A DNA stretch of 64,000 nucleotides. It comes from the human T2T-CHM13v2.0 reference genome, Homo sapiens. The stretch lies in NCBI RefSeq assembly GCF_009914755.1, contig NC_060928.1. One strand, 5' to 3'. The notes beneath the pieces are model-generated. The model did no database searches and was not told the origin of the DNA. It saw only the letters and a list, made by a program, of their open reading frames with translations. Each line of letters begins with the position of its first letter. Within the stretch, counting starts at the first letter, position 1. This document shows positions 54,245-64,000 of the stretch, one piece after another. The translations under genes were made by a program, and so were the position numbers.

Positions 54245-54652
54245 TTTTTAAACTAAAAACTTTAGACAAATTAAATTTAACAGAGTTTATTTGAACAAAA
54301 AAAAATTTATGAATTGGGTAGCACTCAGTGCCAGGAAAGGTTGAGAGCTCCAACCAGCAATGTAAACAGGAAGTATTTACATACAGAAAAAAATAACTGA
54401 CATAAGTAAACAGCTTGATTGATTACAGCCAGGTGTTAGCCATATTTGGGCATGGTGTGATGAGGCATTTGCCTTATACGAATATAGAATGATCACTTGG
54501 CAGCCTTTGATTGGTGGAAATTTGGCTGCTGGGATTGTTTGGGACTCAACTACTTATTTACAAGAAGATTCTCTTAAGTTACGTTGCTGTTTGCTCTATA
54601 AAGATTCAAAATACAGAGTCAGCTTCAGACCAAATTTAAATTAATTTAAAAG
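54245..54652 (-). mobile_element. MER67-like ERV1 solo LTR
   Basis: aaactttagacaaattaaatttaacagagtttatttgaacaa...tgattgattacagc...agaccaaatttaaattaattt. Confidence 0.7.
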
Positions 54653-56075
54653 TTTATGCTATAAATAAGAATAAATGTCTCAGAGAATTCAGATACATAC
54701 ATTAATAACATAACATATATAAATAAATTGATGTTTGTTCTAACATAAATTCTTTAAAAGTATATAATTTATGCATTTAACCTACCTTTATATCTAAACA
54801 ATTTTATCCTATTGCTTTTCTCTACTACTTGTAATATGTCTTTGGTTGAAAAAGGATAAGTAAATACATTTGCATAATGATATATAAATTTGTCTTTGAA
54901 TGTTCATTTGCTAGTCACATTATTCATATTTTAGTTTTAATACTATAAGAGCATACAAAAGCAAATCCTCTATGTTGTCATTCTCTTAGTTGATATGCTA
55001 AAATGCAAAAAGAATCATAGAACATTAGAAACTAATCCTACTCCACTGAAGCTTTAAGATTAGAAATAATAAGCACAAAAGGTAAGGCTATCCCATAGCA
55101 TACTAATTAACATAGTTAATAAACAGTTTCTGTACAGTAGGCCAATTGGGTCTTGGCAAAAAGGCTGCTATATCTCTTATTATTAACACTCATATCTTTA
55201 CAATGAATATAGCTACATGACTAAAAATTCCTTTTTTCCAGATTCCCATGCATCCTATTGTAGCCATAAAAATAAATTCTGACAATTAGGATGTAACAGG
55301 AACTGATGAGATTTAAAATGTAATATGACAATTTTATCACATCATTTATAAAGAAGAGGCTTGGCTTTCTTTGAAATTTTGTCCCTCATGCAGCCTGAAA
55401 TGCAAACAATGTATCTGAAACTCAAGGAGCCATCCTGGATCAGGGGGACTAAGACTACACAGTAAAGAAATGACCTAGAAAGAGGTGAAATCCACAATGA
55501 ATTCATAAAGCTGCCTATCAGCCCTGGCAAGCCTCCTTGAACTTCTACTGGGAAAAAAATCAACTTTTTAAAACCAATTCTTTGCAGGATTAATAGCCTG
55601 GATTTCTAACTGATAAATGCTGAAGCATAAGCAATCAGAGGGCTCAGCTCACCTGTTTCCTGCCTCTTGGAGAACATTATCCTTTGTAGCCTTATGTACA
55701 GTGTCTTTTAAACCATTGTTTGATACATTTTGCTGAATTCTGCTTAATTCAGGTGGGAGGGTAAATCCTGTTCCTTTTATTTTATCTTTGCCAGAAGTAG
55801 AAATGTCCAAGCATGTTGATTAACCACAACTTCATTTAAAAAAAAAAGTCTGACTTACTAATAACACTTTCTATCAGCAAGTGAATGGTTTGGTTAGACA
55901 GGTTTTACATATTTATGAAGTAAATTATTCATAAGCAAAAACTAAAAAGCGGCACATAACAACATGGATGAATCATGAAATAATTATGCTGAGTATGGAA
56001 AAACAGATTCTGCAGATTTTATTCTGAATTATTCCACCTGTAAGAAAACTAAAAAATGAAAATCTAACATCTAAT

Positions 56076-57621
56076 TGAGAGGTGACAGCGTGCTGGCAGC
56101 CCTCACTAGCTCTCGGGGCCTCCTCAGCCTAGGCACCCACTCTGGCCACGCTTGAGGAGCCCTTCAGCCTGCCGCTGCACTGTGGGAGCCCCTTTCTGGG
56201 CTGGCCGAGGCCGGAGCCAGCTCCCTCAGCTTGCGGGGAGGTGTGGAGGGAGAGGTGCGGGTGGGAACCAGGGCTGCATGTGGCGCTTGAGGGCTGGCGC
56301 GAGTTCCAGGTGGGCGTGGGCTTGGTGGGCCCCGCACCTGGAGCAGCCGGCTGGCGCCAGTGGTCCCAGGCAGTGAGGGGCTTAGCACCAGGGTCAGCAG
56401 CTGCGGAGGGTGCACCGGGTCCTCCGGCAGTGCCGGCCCGCTGGCACTGCACTGGAATTCTCACCAGGCGTCAGCTGCCTCCCCATGGTGCAGGGCTCAG
56501 GACCTGCAGCCTGCCATGCCTCAGCCTCCCCCTCCACCACTGTGGGCTCCTTCATGGCCAGAGCCTCCCCAGTGAGTGCTGCCCCCTGCTCCGCGGTGCC
56601 CTGTCCCATTGACCGCCCAAGGGCTGAGGAGTGCAGGCGTAGGGCGTGGGACTGGCGGGCAGCTCTGCCTGCAGCCCAGGTGCGGGATCCATTAGGTGAA
56701 GCCTGCTGGGCTCCTGAGTCTAGTGGGGACTTGGAGAATCTTTATGTCTAGCTAAGGGATTGTGGATGCACCAATCAGCACTCTGTGTCTAGCTCAAGGT
56801 TGATAAACACACCAATCAGCACCCTGTGTCTAGCTCAAGGTTTGTAAATGCACCAATCAGTGCTCTGTGTCTAGCTGATCTGGTGGGGACTTGGAGAACC
56901 TTTACGTCTAGCTAAGGGACTGTGAATGCACCAATCAGCACTCTGTGTCTAGCTCAGGGTTTGTAAATGTACCAATCAGCACCCTGTGTCTAGCTCAGGG
57001 TTTGTGAATGCACCAATCAGTGCTCTGTGTCTAGCTAATCTAGTGGGGACATGGAGAACTTTTGTGTCTAGCTCAGGGATTGTAAATGCACCAATCAGCA
57101 CCCTGTCAAAACGGACCAATCAGCTCTCTGTAAAATGGACCAATCAGCAGGATGTGGGTGGGGCCAGATAAGGGAATAAAAGCAGGCTGCGTGAGCCAGC
57201 AGTGGCAACCCACTCAGGTCCCCTTCCACAGTGTGGAAGGTTTGTTCTTTCACTCTTTGCAATAAATCTTGCTGCTGCTCACTCTTTGGGTCCACACTGT
57301 CTTTATGAGCTGTAACACTCACTGCAAAGGTCTGCAGCTTCTCTCATGAGGCCAGCGAGACCACGAAACCACCCGGAGGAATGAACAACTCCAGATGTGC
57401 CGCCTTAAGAATGGTAACACTCACCGTGAAGGTCTGCAGCTTCACTCCTGAAGCCAGCAAGACCACAAAACCACCAGAAGGAAGAAACTCTGAACACACC
57501 CGAACATCAGAAGGAACAAACTCTGGACACGCCACCTTTAAGAACTGTAACACTCACCACGAGGGTCCGCAGCTTCATTCTTGAAGTCAGTGAGACCAAG
57601 AACCCACCAATTCTGGAGACA
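56076..57621 (+). mobile_element. LTR12 (LTR12C/E-type, ERV9) solo LTR
   Basis: tgagaggtgacagcgtgctggc...aacccaccaattctggagaca; exact TSD taat at 56072-56075 and 57622-57625. Confidence 0.97.
56745..57185 (+). promoter_or_regulatory. LTR12 U3 enhancer/promoter array
   Basis: Nine ccaatcag (NF-Y) boxes in ~41-bp repeats, followed by agataa and the aataaa TATA-like box near 57175. Confidence 0.8.
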
Positions 57622-58163
57622 TAATGATAAAAAAGCAAACCAGAGATTTACTGGAACCAAAGAAGGTAAAGTTGAGGACAGAGAAAATTTTGGAGACAAC
57701 AGAAATGCTCAACATCTGAATAGGGATGGTTGTTACGTGATTGCAGACATTTGTCAAAACTCATCAAATTGTACACTTGAATTTGTTTTAATGTGCCACT
57801 TTGCTTTGTCTTTTAAAGTAATTAAAAACGTTTTAAAAAGACTTTAATATTTACTGTCATGTTTACTTTTCTAAGGCTCTTCATTCCATTGGCTGGATCC
57901 AAATATCATCTGATATCATTTCCCTATGTCTAGGGCATTTTCATTTCTATTTCTACACACATCTACTCTACCTATTACCCTTCCTGTCTCCAAATGAAAT
58001 GCTGGAGGACAGCAAGGGAGAAGCAGAGACCTTCTGGAGCACACTCAAGATGGCTGCACAGAGATGGCGGGGATACACCTTGCCTTTTCCACCATATCCC
58101 CCAGCTGGGGTCATCTCTGAACCAGGAGGGACTACTCCCTATAGGGGAAGGTAAGCGGGAGTC

Positions 58164-58288
<125 letters not shown>

Positions 58289-60554
58289 AGGCAGGAGTCT
58301 CCCAAGGGCTCCCATTACCTCTGCAATGTGGGGCCCACATTGTTCCCCACTTCTCATACCCCAACCTGCTACTGCACAAGTTATTTTGAAATCAGAGCCA
58401 CGGCTACAATGTATCCTGCTTTGGGAGCCAGTAACCACTGCATCCCTTCATCCCTGAGGTTCTGCTATCATTGCACCTTGCTCACACACTGGAGTGTGCT
58501 ATTCCCCAGCAGAATAGCTACAGCTTCCTACGTCCTGGTGCTAAACTGCCTTACATGCACTTCATCTCCACTAACGCAGTTGTGGCAGTCCCCTAACCCC
58601 AGCTGCTTAGAGCCTAGTACCAGTGGAACATGGACTCTGCTTCCCCATTCCTGCCTGAACCAGCTCAGTGCCTAGCCCCCTCGAAATCAGAGCCCCAGTC
58701 CAGCAGAGCAACTGCCTATTTGGGACCCAAGCCCATGTAGTGCCCTGACCCCTGTAGACCAGGGCATAGCAGCCCAGAAGTGTAGCTGTACCCTTTGGAT
58801 CCTGAGAAGATCTGCACATTGCCTCTTGGGAGACTAGGAGTGCCATCCCAGAGAAGCAGCTGTGCCATCCAACTTTGAACTTACATGTTCACCATCATTC
58901 AGGGTCCAAGAGTCCTGAAACACAATAGCAGCCATAGCCCCTGAAGCTTGAGCTAACTGGTGTCCCATCCCCCTGGGGAAAAGGGGATCAAGTCCAACAG
59001 AACACTTTTGCCCTCAGTTGCTCAAGCTGATGCAGTCTGGCCCCACAGATACAGACAGCCTTAGATAAGCTCTGCCACCCTATCCTCTAGGCTGAACAAT
59101 CCCAATGTGCTCTGCTTTCATGGATCTAGACTAATCCTCCAGGGTTTCAGCTACTAAGGTGTTCCATCTCTCTGAAGAGTGGAGTCATCATTGTGCTGCA
59201 CCATGGCCCCTGGTGCCAAAACAATAGCTGTGCCCCATAATACTAGGGTCCTAGCTGCCACTGTACCCAACGACACAGAGGCTGGACCACTGCTATGTCC
59301 CACTACCTCAGGGTCCAGAATATCCACTACATGGAACCTCCTCTCCTGGTGCCCACATTGTCTCTGTGCCCTGTTGGCCTCAGGTCCTGAATTGCATCTG
59401 AGCTTCTGAAACACCACTTCTTCCTTGGACTGGTGCCCATGCTGTGCCCTCAAAATCAGAGTCATGCTACATTCCACCTCTCAGGGTTGAGCTCATGGCC
59501 TGTGCCTCAGAGTCAGAATCCTAAGCTTTGTAGAAGAGCTGTATCCACTCATTTCTGAGAGTGAAACTGAACCCACATCACAGTAGTCACAGTTTACCAG
59601 AAAAGGGAGCCCAGGACCCAGCTCCACAGCCATTTTGAACACTTGTGCCCTAGAACACAGGGCTTCTGTGGCTGCATGTGGGCTGTGTCAGACCCAATAC
59701 CAAGAGGGAATCTCCCCAACTAAGACCCTGCTGTGAGGGAAATGAGAACAGGAACCCTAAAGCCCTTTCCACCAAGACTCATAACAACTTATGCTGCCAC
59801 CACCATTGCCACAAACTTTTATGGCCTAGGCCACTAAAGTTCCTGCAGTTATCACTAAATTTGACCACCGCTGAAGAAGCTACATGGAGACTATGCTACT
59901 GTACCCACTCAGAACCAGAGCCAACACTCCACCAACACTCTAAGACCCACCTGCATGTGGAAGTCTTTTCCTCCAAAAGGCACTTTATAAATTTAGGAAA
60001 AAGTAACAGTTCCACCAGATGCGCAGGCTTCAGTGAAAGGATACAAGAAATAGGAAAAAGCAAGAAAACTTGATATTACCAGAAGAAAAAAACAAGCAAA
60101 CAAACAAAAGACAGAAATTCTCCAGTAACTAATCCCAAAGAAAGAGAAATTTATGAACTGTCTGAAAATGAATCCAAAATAATGTTATTCAGAAAACTCA
60201 GTGATATACTGGAGAATAGAGATTGATAATTCAATAAAATCAAGAAACAATTCATGATGTTAGTGAGAAAATCAAGAAAGAAATAGATATCATAAAAAAG
60301 AACAAAACAGAAATCATGGGAGCTGAATAATTCAATGAATAATGTAAAAAAAGACAATAGAGACCTTTAGCAGCACACTGGATCCAGCAGAAGACATAAT
60401 CCATAAAATTGGAAACGTATCTTTTGAAATAGCCTAGTCAGAGGAAAAAAGAAAATAATGAAAAGAGTGAAGAAAGCATACAGGACTTAAGGGATACTGT
60501 TAAGTGAACATATATTCACACTGTGGAAATTAAAGAAGATATCAAAAGACAGTC

Positions 60555-60841
60555 AGGCTCATGCCTGTAATCCCAGCACTTTGGGAGGCTGAAGCAGGTG
60601 GATCATCTGAGGTCAGGAGTTCCAGACCAGCCTAACCAACATTATGAACCACCCCCATCTCTACTAAAAAAAATACAAAAGATTAGCTGAGCTTGGTGAT
60701 GCTTGCCTGTAGTCCCAGCTACTCAGGAGGCTGAGGCAAGAGAGTCAGTTGAACCCAGGAGGTGGAGGTTGCAGCGAGCCAAGACTGTGCCACTGCAATC
60801 CAGCCTGGGTGACAGAGTGAGATTCCATCTAAAAAAAAAAA
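60555..60841 (+). mobile_element. AluS-type element inside L1 ORF1
   Basis: ggctcatgcctgtaatccc through A tail; aaaagaca on both sides. Confidence 0.95.
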
Positions 60842-62160
60842 GACAAGGAATTTTTTAAAAAGCAAGAAAAATGGATCAAATAATATACAAGAGAAGCCTC
60901 ATGAAATTGTCAGCGCTAACCTCAGAAGAAATCTTATAGGTCAGGAGAAAAATGGGATAACATACTCAGAATCCTAAAAGAAAAAAAAACTGCCAGCCAT
61001 TTTATCCCATACAAGCAGAAGCTGAGGGAATTCATCATCCCTAGACCTGCCTTAAAAGAAATGCTTATAGCAGCTCAACCAGAAACAGAAAGATGATAAT
61101 CAGTATCATGAAAACACATGAAAGTATAAAACACACTGGCAGAGGTAAATACATAGTCAAATTAAGAATATGGTATTACTGCAATGACAGTGTGTAAACC
61201 TTTAAAATCTCTGGTATGACCACTAAAAGTTAAAATGGTCAAAAATATAGTTATAATAAGTTGTTAAGAAGCATGCTATATAAAAAGAGACAATGATAAA
61301 AATATAAATTGTGGAGAGAGGATAAAAGTCTGAAGTATATTTATGTGACTGATATTAAATTTTTGTCAGTTTAATATAGTCAATTATAACTATAAAATGT
61401 TTTACGTAAGCCTCATGGAAACCACAAAGCAAAAAGTTACAGAGGATACACAAACGAGAAAGAAAAAGGAATCAAAGCTTAGCAGTACAGAAAAACACCA
61501 AACCACAAAGGTAGGCAACAAGAGAGGAAGGAACAAAGGATCTAGTAAACAGCCAGAAAACAATTAAGAAAATGTCAGGAGTAAGTCCTTACCTATAAAT
61601 AATAATCTTGCATATAATGGATTAAATTTTCCAAAAGATGTAAAGTGGCTTAATGGATAAAATAAATGGAATCCAACAATATGTTGCCTACAAGACACCC
61701 TATTTAAGCTTTAAGGACCCGTATGGGCTGAAAGTGAAGAAATGGAAGAAACGCTATTCTGAGCAAATAGCAACCAAAAGAGAGCATGGTGGCTATACTT
61801 ACATCAGATAAAATAGAATTCAAGTCAAACACTCTCATAAGAGACAAAAAAGGTCATTACTTAATGACAAATGGGTCAATTCATCAAAAGGACACAGCAA
61901 TTGCTAATATATATGGACCGAACATCAGAGCACCTAAATATAAAAACCAAATATTAATGGACATTAAAGGAGAAAGAGATAGCAATATAATAATATTAGA
62001 GGATGTTAGTACCCTGTTTGAAAGAATGAATATATTGCACAAAAATTTAATAAGGAAATATTGGGCTTGATCTGCACTTTAGAACAAATGGACCTAACAA
62101 ACATATATAGAATTTTCCATCCAACAGCAGCAGAATTTATACTCTTCTCTAGCGTACATA

Positions 62161-62240
62161 TTAGGCTGTTGCAAAAGTAACTGTGGTTCTTGCCATTTAA
62201 AGTAATGGCAAATGTAACAATTACTTTTGCACCAACCTAA
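62161..62240. mobile_element. MADE1 (Hsmar1-derived MITE)
   Basis: 80 bp palindromic ttaggctgttgcaaaagtaa...ttacttttgcaccaacctaa with TA on both sides, inserted in L1 ORF2. Confidence 0.95.
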
Positions 62241-63742
62241 TAGAACACTCTCCAGGATCGACCATATGTTAGGCCACAAAGCTAATCTTAACAAATTCAA
62301 GAAGACTGAAATAATATTTAGTACTGACTGACCACAATAGTATAAAACCAGAAATGAGTACCAGGAGGAATCTTGGAATATTCACAAATATGTGGATATT
62401 AAACAACATGCTCCTGAATGACCAAGGGTCAAAGCAGAAATCAAAGGGAAATTTCCAAATATCTTCAAAATAATGCCAATCATATAGGTTTTGACACAAC
62501 ATATCAAAACCTATGGAATGCAGAACAAGTTCCAAGAGGGAAGTTTAAGTGTCTACATTAAAAAAGAAGAAAAATTCCTAACGAACAGCTTAACCTTATG
62601 CTTCAATGAGCTAAAGAACAAATTAAACCTAATGTCAGCAAAAAAGGAAATGATAAAGATCAGAACTGAAATAAATCAAATGGTGACCAAATCAGCCATT
62701 GAAAAACAATCAATAAAACCAAAATTGGCTCTTTGAAAAAAATAAGCAAAGTGACAAATCCCTAGTTAGAAAAAAAGAAGACTTAGTAAATAAAATCAGA
62801 AATGAAAGTGGAGACATTACAACAGATGTCTTCCAAATTAAAGGATTATAAGGGAACGTTATGAGCAATTTTATTCCAACAAATTGAATAACCTAGAGGA
62901 AATGGATAAATCATAGAGAAAAATAACCTACCATGATAGGATCAAGAAGAAAAAGAAAGTTTAAACATTCCAATAACAAAGAGATTGAAGCAGTAATTAA
63001 AAACCTGCCAACAAAGAAAAGCCAAGGATTAGACAGCTTCATGGCTGAATTCTTCAAATATTCAAAGAGAAATTATTACTAATACTTCACAATCTCTTCC
63101 AAAAAACAGACTGAGAAGTATTTCCAAACACTTTTTACAAGGCCAGCATCACCTTGATGTTTATGTCTGACAATGATGCTGGAAAAAAAAAGAAAACTAT
63201 AGGACAAATATCTCTAATAAACATCAATTTTAAAATCCTGAGTAAAATATTGGCAAACTAAATTCAACAAAACATTAAAAATATTGTACATCATGACCAG
63301 ATGGGATTTATCCCTGGCATGCAAAGCTGTTTTGACAGGCAAATTAATCAATGTGATCCATCACATTAACACAATGAAATATAAAATCCACATGATCATC
63401 TCAATTGACACATAAAAGGCATTTGACAAAGTTGCATTTCCTTTCTTAACAAAAAGTAACAGTTTTAAGTATAGAAGGAATATTAGGAATATTATTCAGC
63501 CTAATTAAAGAATGAGATCCTGCCATTTGCGACTACACGGATGGAACTGGAGGATATTACACAAAGTGAAATAAGCCAGACACAGAGAGAAAAATATTGA
63601 ATGATCTCACTTGCATATAGAATCTAAAGAAAATAAAAGTTCACACACATAGAGATAGAGAATAAAACAGTGGTTACCAGGGCGGAGTTACGGGAAAGGA
63701 AATGGTGAGATGTAGGTCAAATTAGACAAAATAGCAGGTATG

Positions 63743-63782
63743 ATACACGTACTATGTACCCACGCAATTTTTCTTAAAAAAA
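63743..63782 (+). mobile_element. About 40-bp extreme 3' tip of an L1MA1-3-type element
   Basis: atacacgtactatgtacccac plus A tail between degenerate 17-bp direct repeats. Confidence 0.6.
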
Positions 63783-64000
63783 ACAAAGTAGTAAACATGT
63801 AAAATGAACAAGTCTAGAACTCTCATGCACACATGAACACTAGAGTTAATAAAATCAGATTGTATTAGGATTATTGTTAAATAAGATTTTAGCTGCTTCT
63901 TTCATAAAGGTAACTATGTGAGATGAGATACATTATAATTTACCTCACTACATTAATCATTTTACTACTATATGTGTCTCATAACATCATGTTGTAAACC

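Larger units (their letters stand above)
55870..57845 (+). mobile_element. Old L1M 3' end split by the LTR12
   Basis: aacaacatggatgaatc...attatgctgagt before, and catttgtcaaaactcatcaaattgtacact after, the LTR. Confidence 0.7.

Noticed and set aside
56745-57150. Regular ~41-bp repeat array
   Set aside because: Known intrinsic structure of LTR12 U3, not a novel array.

Overview
AT-rich primate (most likely human) non-coding DNA, mostly interspersed repeats. Repeat classes present: Alu (FLAM, S, Y); old and young L1s; L2 and MIR; a complete MSTA MaLR; a partial LOR1-type ERV with THE1 and L1PA insertions; several solo LTRs including an intact LTR12; a full-length Tigger1, a Tigger4-type MITE and a MADE1. 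There is no intact protein-coding gene, tRNA, rRNA or CRISPR array, and the long ORFs in the track are TE-derived. Two signals are not explained by the repeats. (1) A chain of minus-strand segments with canonical splice sites, partly compatible codon phases and stop-disrupted frames (about 570-10030, possibly extending to about 32930); this is a candidate decayed multi-exon gene or spliced lncRNA that I could not name. (2) Several locally templated inverted duplications (13.0, 15.05, 39.1, 40.1 and 40.9-41.5 kb), one with an exact 11-bp flanking direct repeat. Repeat subfamily names come from recalled consensus motifs, not a database search. Boundaries of old repeats are approximate.
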